In this document: piece after piece, positions 1-10,274 of the stretch
How the letters are laid out: every line of letters starts with the position of its first letter
Numbering within the stretch: position 1 is the stretch's first letter
DNA from: Amoebidium appalachense
Lineage: Eukaryota; Protista; Ichthyosporea
Length of the DNA: 64,000 bases
Direction of reading: 5' to 3'
Assembly (NCBI GenBank): GCA_963693365.1
Contig: CAVNZM010000010.1
Coordinates: 7,937,794 to 8,001,793 of the forward strand
The notes under the pieces: generated by a model
What the model saw: the letters and a program-made list of their open reading frames with translations, nothing else
Database searches by the model: none
What the model was told of the DNA's origin: nothing
Program-made: the position numbers and the translations under genes

Positions 1-473
1 GTTCGACAACGTCCACGACCTGGCAGTGTTGGCGCGGCGGGGGGATCTCGGCTTCAGCTTCGACCTGAAGTCGGGTTACCACGCTCTCTCCCTTCACCCG
101 GCCATCCGCAAGTACTTCCAGTGCCGAGTCCAGGGCCGCCTGTTTCAGTACTGCGTCCTCCCCTTCGGTTGGTCGCAGAGCCCCTGGTTCTTCACCCAGC
201 TCATGCGTTGCTTCGGACGTACTCTGCGCCGGCTTGGGGTACGGGCGTGTATTTATTTGGACGATTTTTTGATTGTCGATCGACCCCCCCGGATTTATGG
301 GGTTCGGGACCGGGTGGCCCAGCTGTTGGCGGCCCACGGTCTGCAGCGCCAGCCCACCAAGGGTCACTGGGAACCGACCCACATCCTCGACCATTTGGGG
401 GTCACCGTCGATCTGCTTCATGGCCAGTTACGCCCTACCTCGGCCTCTCTTGCCAAGATTCGGGAGGCCACAG
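1..473 (+). pseudogene. DIRS-type reverse transcriptase, 5' segment (truncated by window edge, disrupted by LTR insertion)
   Basis: ORF 26..529: DLKSGYH, LFQYCVLPFGWSQSPWFF, IYLDDFL, LDHLGVTVD. Confidence 0.9.
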
Positions 474-1092
474 TGTCGTGGCAACAACCCAGAGTGTATA
501 TGAACTACTCTAACTATCTGCACGCTTAAAGGGGCTCGAAACCGTGTATACGTATAAACTTTTCTTTGAGTTGGGTGGGAAGCGAGTTTTTTGTGTTCTG
601 AGAAGAACTTCCAAAAGCCCGCGACCCCGCGAGACACTTCACAGACACGCGGCCCACTGGCCAGACAAATGCCACAGTGACATTCAGCCAATCACAACAC
701 TCCCTCCCCCACAGACTACACGCTGACAACACACGCACTCCACACCATTGGCTACCGCCACCTGAGACACCCCTACAGCACTACAACACGTACACACCTT
801 TACTAACAATACATATAAGCATACACACACGCGAGCAGGCAACATGGGTCTCGCCAAGCACACAGCAAGAAGCAATACAACATATAACATGCAGAGTACG
901 CAGAGGCATGGGGCATGCACGCGCGCACCAAACAATCAGCCGCCGCTGCATCAGGTTCTCCCCATACCACTGATTAATCTCCCAATACCCCACTTAGACC
1001 CCGGCATCACTATGCAAGAAAACCCCCGAAATTCACTCACCAAAACACGAAATATAGAAGCAAACTAATACGAATCAGCTCAGCACATGACA
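474..1092 (-). repeat. 3' LTR of the gag-only element (619 bp)
   Basis: Near-identical to 7014-7630 except the terminal ~29 bp. Confidence 0.93.
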
Positions 1093-2050
1093 ACTCCCCC
1101 CTCGCACAGAAAATAACTGAGTTCCACCTCAGTAAAAACTACCTAAAAACAAAATAAAGTTATGTGCTGAGCGACTACAACTACCGCTACCCATGCAGGA
1201 AAAGCAACATTTAACATATAACATAAAACATATACATGCATCCACACACCACCCCACCATGGTTAATACCCAACCCAACCCCAAAACAAGGATAATTATG
1301 AACCGCCACTGACGTTGCCCTGTAGATGCACCTCTGCCCCCGTCCACAACCTGCACCCAAAACCCCATGCCCCTGGCACAATGTTATATCGAGTGGAACA
1401 TAGCAACAGACATGATAACAGACACCATCCATACAACCACACTCAGCATGCCCCATCCACAAAGAATTCCTAACACATTGTCCAAACATGCCATGACGAA
1501 CACCTCCAGACTCATGTGACGTACACCTCCAGACTCTCTTGCTGGCCATTCCTCTACCCGACAAAGACTCCTACTACGTAGGTCCCGGTGGTTTGGGAAT
1601 GCCTCCGCCCCAACCGTGCCCTACACAGCGGTGTGTCTAAGGCCTACTGCTGCACTGGGCACCACAACACTACTCAACAACACTACGGGCAGCCACTCCA
1701 AAGGGCCTCAACACCAGGCCCAGGGCAGCCACTCCAAGGGGCCTCAGCACCAGGCCCTTTGACGACGGGGGTTCACAACAGTGGGGGCCTGCCACTGCCA
1801 TGACTACACTTCGACCCCCCCCCCAGCCCCCTCGTCAGAGGGCCGAGCTCCCAGACAGCAGCAGGACTTTCTATTCCACTGACCCTAACCAGACACGTCG
1901 CCAACACAGGACTTATACACACCTCGAAAACGCCAGGCACCAGTAGAAAACTCAGCGAAAAAACACACCACACAACTCCCATACAACAACAACTTGAACA
2001 ACCCAAGAGACGGCCTACCCCCTAATAAAACCTTCATACCTGCAACACGG

Positions 2051-3272
2051 TCACCGACGTCCCCCACGACGGGGCTGTTTGCACCACGCGTATGTGTGCC
2101 CCCGCTCCTTGCAGTTGTCGCAGGTGCCTGGGAAAGAGTCCGGCGCCGGCTCTTGCTGTCCCGCCCGACGACGCCAGCCTGGCCCATCATCCCGTTGTGG
2201 CCGTGGCTGGTAGGGCTGGTAGCGCCGTGGGGAGGGTGACCGCCGCCGGTCCCCTCTGAGGCCTCTGCCCTCCTCCCTCTCACGGTCCCGGTACCTGTCT
2301 CCTCTGTACCGGTCCCCCTCCTGGTCCTTCTCCTCCAGACGCTTGGTGAGCACAGCCACCTGCTTCAAGAGAGCAGTGAGTGTAGGCGTGTCCTGCCCAG
2401 CCCCATGCTTTACCTCCATGACCTCAGCAGCATGCTTATCCCTCATAGCCAGCTTACTCTCAAACTGCGCTAAAAACCGCCTCTTCACCGCCCTCCACGC
2501 CAAGTCTACCTCATGCTGCTCTTCATGCTGAGCAAACAGCTCACCAAACTGACTGCTATCTACAAACAGAGAGCGAGCAGCATGAAACTTTCCACGAGCA
2601 TCATTCTCCAACCCAGCAAGAAACACAAGAGCACGAAAATTTTCTTCGAACAGCTCAAAGTGGGTTCTAGCTTCGGTCACAGACATGGTGAGGGGGGGGG
2701 TAAGTAAACTTAGCTTGTCTGAGATCAGCGTCAAACTCCCGTCGTCGTCCGTCGTCCAGGTACTTGGCCACCGCCCTGTCAAGCCACTCAAGCTCATTCT
2801 CAGGGCGCAAAACCTCAACCACGTCCCCTGAGCCGCCCGTAACAATAGGCACCTGTGCGTTGGCCGCTTCGTAGCGGGCGGCCAGCTGGAGTGCGGCCGG
2901 GTTGCGGGCTCCACCCGCCACTGTGCGGGCGTACGCAACCGTGCGCACAGACGGCTCGTCGGTAGGCAGTTGTGTGCTTTCAAGCACCTTCTGGAACTCC
3001 AGCATTGAGGAGCCCACCGTGTTCATGATGAGTGTGGCCATCCTTCGAGGGGTTTGGACGTCCTTCCCCTCAGTGGCCTCTGCTGGGCAAACAGCCCTGA
3101 GCTTGCTAAGCCACCTAGGGAGGGCGAGGTCCTTAGCGAGGACTAAGTCCCCTGTGATACTAGTCCTACTGCTCATGTTGCCTATGCCAACTGTTGCTAG
3201 CTGTAGGCCTGTGTGTGCGTATGTTTCTTCTACCTCTAACTGTCGAAAAAGTCCTAAGTCAAAGCCACTCAT
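2051..3272 (-). CDS. Gag-like protein (~406 aa) with a CCHC zinc knuckle; one-base frameshift in the G9 run at 2692-2700
   Basis: ATG at 3272 (MSGFDLGLF). Deleting one base joins ..AKFTYPP|LTMSVTEAR.. to the C-terminal CDNCKERGHTYAWC (CX2CX4HX4C), preceded by a basic RD/RS-rich region. Confidence 0.75.
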
Positions 3273-3322
3273 AACCGCTAGGCGTGAAAAAAAACTAGGG
3301 GTGAAAGCAACAGCCCAGAAGG

Positions 3323-3802
3323 TGTAAACAACTGTACACATGAACTGTACATGTTTACTAAAGAATGTGATCTACTAGCACACGATTCGTGCTTTGTCAT
3401 GAATATCACATAAATATTATGTCCGCACCAATAGGACTCACTCTGACCTAAGAATTGAACCATATATGGTTCTTCCGCTGCATACCACATAAACGAAGTG
3501 AACCAATAAGAGGTTTGCATAAATAGGACGAAGGTCTGACTGGCTCGGACCGCACCAGAATCACGAATGGCATGTTGCCACCCGCGCTGGCCGCGGATGA
3601 ACCAATCCTGGGCCTTGATCCGAAACCTGGGGGCTATATAAGAAAGCCGTCCCAGTACGGGGATCACATCAGTGAAGTCTGAGACAGACTGAGTCGGCCC
3701 ATAGTAAAAGCAACCTGGCCGCGTGTGCCTTTCTACCCGTTCTCTGTCTTTATTTTGATTCAGTTGTACTCTGCCTTATCCTAACTAGTCCAACTGTTTA
3801 CA
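3323..3802 (+). repeat. 5' LTR of the inner element
   Basis: Matches 6472-6951; contains a TATATAA box near 3635. Confidence 0.94.
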
Positions 3803-3803
3803 T

Positions 3804-3820
3804 TGGCGACCGCGGCAGGA
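3804..3820 (+). promoter_or_regulatory. Primer-binding site, probably tRNA-Arg
   Basis: TGGCGACCGCGGCAGGA one base after the LTR; resembles the TGGCGACCG tRNA-Arg PBS of 412/mdg1 gypsy elements. Confidence 0.75.
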
Positions 3821-5799
3821 CACTGTTTTACATTGCCAACTGTTTACATTGGCGACCGCGCAGTTCAAGAATCTCGCATCCTTCGAATCTCACATCTTTC
3901 AATCAGTTCAAGAATCTCACATCTTTCAATTACCCCAAGAATCTGCCATGGCCGATCACAATCCTTTTTACCACGATGATAGGCACATCTTTCTTTGTCA
4001 GGCTTAGAATACATACACATCGACAAGTTTGAAGTGGCCAGCCCACCTCTAAGAACACGGAAGGAATTGAAAGCATGAAAACCACCTTATACTACGACAC
4101 ATAAAAAACGCGAAGAAAAACGAATACACGAACAAACGATTAAATAATTACTAACGAAGCAATGAACCAACGAAAAACGAACCATCACGAATACACAACG
4201 AAATAACGAATTAACGACAAACGAATGCCTAGAGGAAATACGAAATAAACGCAACACGAAAATAAAACGAAGCCTTAACGAAGTTATGAAACGACGAAAA
4301 ACGAAAAACGAAAGCAAAATGAAATGGAAACACGAAAATGAAAAGAACGAATGCACAACACTGCTTAGGTTGCAATGCACACGGCCCCCTCTATGTTACG
4401 AAGAAAAGAAAACCGTTGCCCTTGCGTGCATTGCGCTATTGCACACTGTCATCGTGTCCATGCCACCACGTGCACGTCCACACTCGCAACCCAGATGCAC
4501 GGCCACTTTCAGCACGAATGCATTTAAGGAAGAAGGTAGTCGCTGTTCCTATAGCATGTAGGACATAAGGTGCTGTGAAAGTAGTTTTGCATGCATGCTT
4601 CGAATTTCTTGCTGTTGTCGAATGCAGCATGCCCCATAGTTTAGCGCACAGGATGCACAACATGCGCATGAATGTATGCTGGCATGCCTAAACACATTAC
4701 GAACATATGGCTCATGTATGGCCCTTCCTGGTGCCATGCAACAACGAATTTGCACTCTTGGTGCACAGAAGGCTGTTCATGTAATAAAGTCGATGCAGAA
4801 CTTTTGTTCGTGCATGCGAAACAAACGAAGCTGTGGGGTACGAATTTACAGGTAACTGCCAGTGTGTGGCAATACTGTACAAATACTATAACATACGAAC
4901 TATGCTGTAAAGCCTGGAATACCTGCATGCAAATTAAAATTGCTGCCGGCACACCCCCACCAGAATAAAGAAAACAAAAGAATGTGGAATGGGCACCGTT
5001 CCCTCACAACCCCAGCATACAGTGTCAGTATTTTGGCTGGAAGCCTTTCAGTTTCGAATTACGAATACCCTCCTTCACTACTGAACAAAGTGACGTGGAA
5101 GACGAATACGAATACGAATGCAAGGTGTTGTTGACTAACACATCGGACCATCATGTGTACCTAGGCCCTGGTACGGAGGTGACCATGTTATTCCCTTGCA
5201 ATATGATGACACTGTAACAATTTAGCACGTGCATACCCCACCAATGGGCACATGCGGGAGACAACCCCACAAGCTGCCTTATTGGGCACCTCTGCTAAAA
5301 CGAATATTCTTCTCACGAAGGAACAGAAGAATGCCACGAACACGAACCACACACTCACCAGGCAGCTACTTACATCTAATGTATGTAAGAAGTAGGGTGT
5401 GTGAACGGGGTAACTTCATGAACACCAACACGAAAGAAAGCACAGCACAAAGCAGTTCCACGAATACGAATGGTTTTGGTATTCCACACAACGAACAGAA
5501 CCTACAGTAGGGCCACCTACAAATGAAGCAGAGGATGGGGCACCATCCAGACCTGCACTGGAGGATATGAAAACACGAAGCGCGCTCACGAAGTTGCTTA
5601 CAAAAGAAAGGGCGACTGTGACGACTTTTCTTTTTAGGCCAAGCCTCCAGAAGAATGTATTATGCCTGGAATCCCCCTGCTCAACGAAAATGGCTGGCAA
5701 ATGGGATACGAAAACTGCTCACGAATGGAAGCATGTGTTTTCTGAAGAAGGTTTGCTTTGCCTACCCTCTTCTTATGAATTATGAACCGGGTTTTTACT

Positions 5800-6085
5800 G
5801 GTTCGAATTCTGACGGGCTGATATATTTCTTTATGTCGCCCAACGAAGAACACTTGGGGCATTTTTATTCATGTTTTTCCCAGCTCCGATGATGCAGGGT
5901 TAAAGCTGAAGGAAAGAAGTGCTCTTTGTTCATGAAAGAAGTGGCTTTTCCGGCCATGGTGACTCGCCTTACAGTCTTATGGTAGAACCGGGATAAGGAG
6001 CAGTGGCTAAGCCTTGAAGCTATCCACCACTACCTGAGCTACGAAGTGACCTAAGGCTCGAGTTATATTCATTATCGAATGTTTG
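5800..6085 (+). pseudogene. Degenerate gypsy RT remnant
   Basis: Frameshifted fragments EEHLGH / AGLKLK / KCSLFMKEVAF-GH / ELRS..YRMF resemble gypsy RT C-terminal motifs. Confidence 0.6.
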
Positions 6086-6471
6086 GTATGATCATTCATC
6101 CACACAACCAAATTACTCGCAATTGAAAACGAATCTGCGGGAGTATCCTAAAAAGGAAAAATTCCCAAAAAGGAAAATACTACTTCTACAGAAAAGCCAA
6201 GCACAGAGACGAAGGCTTAGCGAATTATTCGCACGCACACTCTGCAACAATCTTCGCCACGAAAATGAAATCACAGAAGAATGCTGCATGAATTTACGTT
6301 TTGGCAAATGAAGAAGTGCTCATAGACGTGCACAACTCTATTCAACCGTCCTTGCTCTGTTCTGCCCAGCAGCTCGGCGCACAAGAATTCTCGCTGAAGG
6401 TTGTTTATCGCCTCTCAGCCTGGTGGTTTGCTTGTCTAACGACACCACCAGGCTCCCGACAAGGGGGGGAG

Positions 6472-6951
6472 TGTAAACAACTGTACACATGAACTGTACA
6501 TGTTTACTAAAGAATGTGATCTACTAGCACACGATTCGTGCTTTGTCATGAATATCACATAAATATTATGTCCGCACCAATAGGACTCACTCTGACCTAA
6601 GAATTGAACCATATATGGTTCTTCCGCTGCATACCACATAAACGAAGTGAACCAATAAGAGGTTTGCATAAATAGGACGAAGGTCTGACTGGCTCGGACC
6701 GCACCAGAATCACGAATGGCATGTTGCCACCCGCGCTGGCCGCGGATGAACCAATCCTGGGCCTTGATCCGAAACCTGGGGGCTATATAAGAAAGCCGTC
6801 CCAGTACGGGGATCACATCAGTGAAGTCTGAGACAGACTGAGTCGGCCCATAGTAAAAGCAACCTGGCCGCGTGTGCCTTTCTACCCGTTCTCTGTCTTT
6901 ATTTTGATTCAGTTGTACTCTGCCTTATCCTAACTAGTCCAACTGTTTACA
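6472..6951 (+). repeat. 3' LTR of the inner element
   Basis: Matches 3323-3802; preceded by the PPT. Confidence 0.94.
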
Positions 6952-7013
6952 GAAGGACTAACAGTGCGTGTGCCCCCTCCCTGCAAAAGACTGCAGAGAA
7001 AGGGGGTGTAGCT

Positions 7014-7630
7014 TGTCGTAGCTACAACTAGTGTATACAAACTACTCTAACTATCTGCACGCTTAAAGGGGCTCGAAACCGTGTATACGTATAAACTTTT
7101 CTTTGAGTTGGGTGGGAAGCGAGTTTTTTGTGTTCTGAGAAGAACTTCCAAAAGCCCGCGACCCCGCGAGACACTTCACAGACACGCGGCCCACTGGCCA
7201 GACAAATACCACAGTGACATTCAGCCAATCACAACACTCCCTCCCCCACAGACTACACGCTGACAACACACGCACTCCACACCATTGGCTACCGCCACCT
7301 GAGACACCCCTACAGCACTACAACACGTACACACCTTTACTAACAATACATATAAGCATACACACACGCGAACAGGCAACATGGGTCTCGCCAAGCACAC
7401 AGCAAGAAGCAATACAACATATAACATGCAGAGTACGCAGAGGCATGGGGCATGCACGCGCGCACCAAACAATCAGCCGCCGCTGCATCAGGTTCTCCCC
7501 ATACCACTGATTAATCTCCTAATACCCCACTTAGACCCCGGCATCACTATGCAAGAAAACCCCCCGAAATTCCCTCACCAAAACACGAAATATAGAAGCA
7601 AACTAATACGAATCAGCTCAGCACATGACA
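7014..7630 (-). repeat. 5' LTR of the gag-only element (617 bp)
   Basis: Direct repeat of 474-1092, followed by TSD CACAG. Confidence 0.93.
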
Positions 7631-7635
7631 CACAG

Positions 7636-8793
7636 CCCTGGTGATGGGTCATGCCCGTGTCTCTCGCCGCTTTGTGTCTGCCAAGCTCCTGTCCCGGTGG
7701 CTGGGCCTGGCGGTGAGTCTCCGGCCCGCGGTTCCCCATGTCCTGACCCTGATCCGGCCCGTCTACAGCGTTCTTTCGGGTCGCCCCGGCTCGTGGCGCC
7801 ACAAGCTTCGACTTTCGGGCCGGCTCCTCCGAATCATCGGTTCCCTTCCGACCCGGATTCCCCAGCTTCCCCCGTACGAACTGTGGCCCCCTCCCCCCAG
7901 CGTCACTGTGACCACCGATGCTGCCACACTACAGGGTTGGGGCGCTGTTCTTTGTTCCCCACGCCGCCCGCCCGTTCTGCTGTCGGCTCCGTGGGACCCC
8001 CCACGAACGCGGCCTGCCGAGCGCAGTCCTGGAGCTCCGTGCCCTCCTTCGCACTGTGGCACACCCGGCGGCCCGACCCGTTCTTTTTTCGACCCATTGG
8101 CGGTGGCAGACGGACGCCCAGGCAGCCATGTACGCCGTGCACCACAAAGCCAGCCCGCGCCCCTCCATGCAGTCCCAGCTGTACCGTCTCCTCCAGCTCT
8201 GTGGTCGCCTGTCGATTCCGTGGCCTCAGGAAGTCGAGTATCTCCCGGGCCTGGTCAACACAGTAGCCGACTCCCTCTCCCGGGGCCGGCTCGACCCGCG
8301 TCACGAATGGTGCGTGCTCCCTTCGGCCCTGACCCGGCTCGCGGCCCTATGGGCCATCCGCCCGACCCTCGACCCGTTTGCCAGCCCGCACCACCACCTG
8401 GCACCCAGTTTTCACGTGTGGAGCACGCGTTTTGCTCGCCTCCCCCCCCACGTGACCGACGGCCTGCTAGCCCCGTGGGACCAGCCTTGCTGGTGGACCC
8501 CCCCGTTCCCCCTCATCCGTCGTGTCCTGACTCGCATCCAGTCCACCCAGGCCACTGGGATCTTGGTTGTCCCCCTCTGGCCGTCGGCCATCTGGTGGCC
8601 GGTGCTGGTGACCCTGGCTCAGGCCGCGACCCCGCTCCACCCACACGAGATCTACTGGCCCCCGACAGCCCGCCCTTGGGAGATGTGGGCCTTCTTGATC
8701 ACAGCCGATTCGCACACTGGATCGCCGCGACCGCCGCTCATGCTCCCCCTGCCCTCCAGTCCGCGGTCATCCAGTTGGCTACCGGCTCCTTGA
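7636..8793 (+). pseudogene. RT C-terminus, RNase H and DIRS methyltransferase-like domain, with a frameshift in the C6 run at 7997-8002
   Basis: Frame of ORF 7641 gives TTDAATLQGWGAVL..WDP. Frame of ORF 7918 continues HERGLPSAVLELRA..QTDAQAA..NTVADSLSR, then LDPFAS..DGLLAPW..WWTPPFPLIRRVL..ILVVPLWPSAIWWP. Confidence 0.85.
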
Positions 8794-9665
8794 GTGGCAC
8801 GACGTGGACCACCTACCAGCGTGAGGTGGACCTCTACCTTCAGTTCACTTCCGCCTACGGCCTTGCCCCCTGGCCCATGGATACCCCGCGTGCCTTTGCG
8901 TTTGCTGCCCACATCGCCTCCACCCGTGCCGTCAAGCCTGAGTCCCTGGATTCCGTTTTTGCGGCACTGCGTAAGATCCACGTTTTATGGGGTTTCCCCT
9001 ACCCCGATCCCGAACTAATCGCCGCCGTCAAGAAGGGCTACGCCAAGCTTTATTACGCCCATCACCCGGAAATCCTGGAACCCGCCGCTCTCCCGTCCCC
9101 CGTGCTCCGTCAGATCTTCGATCTCGTTGTTCCCGATCCAGATGCTGGCCGGTGGCAGTTCCTTGTCGTCGTCTCGTTTCTCTTCGGCCTGCGTGTCTCC
9201 ACCGCCGTTGCCTTGACCCCTTCATGTTTTGAATGGGGCAGTGATGGTTCCTTGTCCATCAAGTTGCCCTTCCGCAAGCAAGGCGCTGCCAAGCCCAAGC
9301 GGGTTGTTGGTCCCTGCCTCCTTCACGTCGACCTCCGCCTCTGGATCACCGAGCGCCTCCGGCAATACGAAAATCTTCAGATCGATCGCATCAGCCCCTC
9401 TGCTTCGTTTCAGGCGGCCAATCGGGCCCTCCGTGACCTGCTGCAGCTTTCCTCCCTGCCGCCGGCGCTCGTTACCGCGATCCACTGGCATTCCCTACGA
9501 CACGCCATGGTGGACGCCTGTGGTGCGATTGGTGTGCCCGAAGGCTCCATCCGTCGTCTCGGCCACTGGGATTCCTCCGAGTTCCGTAACTACGGTCAGC
9601 CCCGGGCGGAACAGTCCGCCGATCGATTTTTCTTTGGTGATCTGGCCCCGGTCCCTAGGTCCTAG
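8685..9665 (+). CDS. Tyrosine recombinase of the DIRS/PAT element (start approximate)
   Basis: SLSGTTWTTY N-terminal region; catalytic R (FGLRVS), HSLR, LGHW and Y (FRNYG). Confidence 0.88.
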   Translation: MGLLDHSRFAHWIAATAAHAPPALQSAVIQLATGSLSGTTWTTYQREVDLYLQFTSAYGLAPWPMDTPRAFAFAAHIASTRAVKPESLDSVFAALRKIHVLWGFPYPDPELIAAVKKGYAKLYYAHHPEILEPAALPSPVLRQIFDLVVPDPDAGRWQFLVVVSFLFGLRVSTAVALTPSCFEWGSDGSLSIKLPFRKQGAAKPKRVVGPCLLHVDLRLWITERLRQYENLQIDRISPSASFQAANRALRDLLQLSSLPPALVTAIHWHSLRHAMVDACGAIGVPEGSIRRLGHWDSSEFRNYGQPRAEQSADRFFFGDLAPVPRS

Positions 9666-9696
9666 GTTTTCGTTCGCCCTTTTGTTTGGTCGCAGT

Positions 9697-10154
9697 AGCA
9701 ATTGGATTCTCAGAAGCCAATCATCAATAGTGAAACTATTTCGATTGGTTCTTCGAATCATTGACCTGATTGGGTGTAATACACCAATTATCTTTCAAGA
9801 AAGAATAATTGCTGTGTATTCCACCAATCATGGTCTGGCGCTGAATCTTGGCTGCAGGCTATATAAGCTGCAGCCGAGAGAAGCCTTGATCAGTCTTCCC
9901 TCACTCAGCGCCACTTGTACCCAACCCATCCCGCCCGCGTCTTCCTTTGCTCTCACTCAGTTTTTGTCTGCGCGCACACACGATTGATAGTTAGATTTGG
10001 GGTGGTACTGCCGTGTGGTCGCAGGCTTTCACTTTTACCGATCTCTTTGTGATTGACTGGTAACTGGTTTGCCGATCCCAGCCGATCTCAGCCGATCTCA
10101 GCTGTTTGAGCTCAAATAAAATTGAAAGCAATTGGATTCTCAGAAGCCAATCAT
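9697..10154 (+). repeat. 28-bp direct repeat pair (9697-9724 and 10127-10154) flanking a promoter-like segment; candidate B1-A2-B2 split direct repeat
   Basis: AGCAATTGGATTCTCAGAAGCCAATCAT occurs twice. Between the copies are CCAAT boxes and a TATATAA flanked by the inverted repeat GGCTGCAG/CTGCAGCC. Confidence 0.7.
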
Positions 10155-10274
10155 GCATGAGTCGGCCGAATATAAGGATATAAATAGAATTGTCCAATCA
10201 ATTCGACCATGAAGTTGGCAATTGTGTACGAAACGAAATTTCACTTTTGCTTTTCAATTGCACAACAAGCAGAC

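Larger units (their letters stand above)
3323..6951 (+). mobile_element. Non-autonomous, decayed Ty3/gypsy-like LTR retrotransposon
   Basis: Apparently identical 480-bp LTRs (TGTAAACA...TGTTTACA); TSD GAAGG at 3318-3322 and 6952-6956; PBS; [14 protein letters not shown] at 6461-6471; no intact ORF. Confidence 0.93.
474..7630 (-). mobile_element. Gag-only (non-autonomous) LTR retrotransposon
   Basis: LTRs 474-1092 and 7014-7630 with TGT...ACA ends; TSD CACAG at 469-473 and 7631-7635; purine tract on the minus strand at ~1093-1104; gag ORF but no recognisable pol. Confidence 0.92.
1..10154 (+). mobile_element. Tyrosine-recombinase retrotransposon (DIRS/PAT-like); 5' part lies outside the window; interrupted by nested LTR elements at 474-7630
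   Basis: RT motifs (FDLKSGYH, LPFG, YLDDF), RNase H (TDA..GWG, LELRA, NTVADSLSR), Dam-like MT domain and an overlapping YR ORF. Removing the insertion and one TSD rejoins the frame REAT|ALVMGHARV. Right end is inferred from the 28-bp repeat. Confidence 0.9.

Noticed and set aside
1687-1758. Two-copy ~36-bp tandem repeat (and a similar two-copy duplication at ~36520-36583)
   Set aside because: Simple local duplications with no further structure.
2692-2700. Programmed frameshift in gag
   Set aside because: It falls in a 9-nt homopolymer in an assembly with other homopolymer slips; error or mutation is more likely.
7641-9665. 674-aa ORF as a novel RNaseH-recombinase fusion
   Set aside because: It results from one extra C at 7997-8002, which shifts the RT/RH frame into the overlapping YR frame; the normal DIRS layout explains it.
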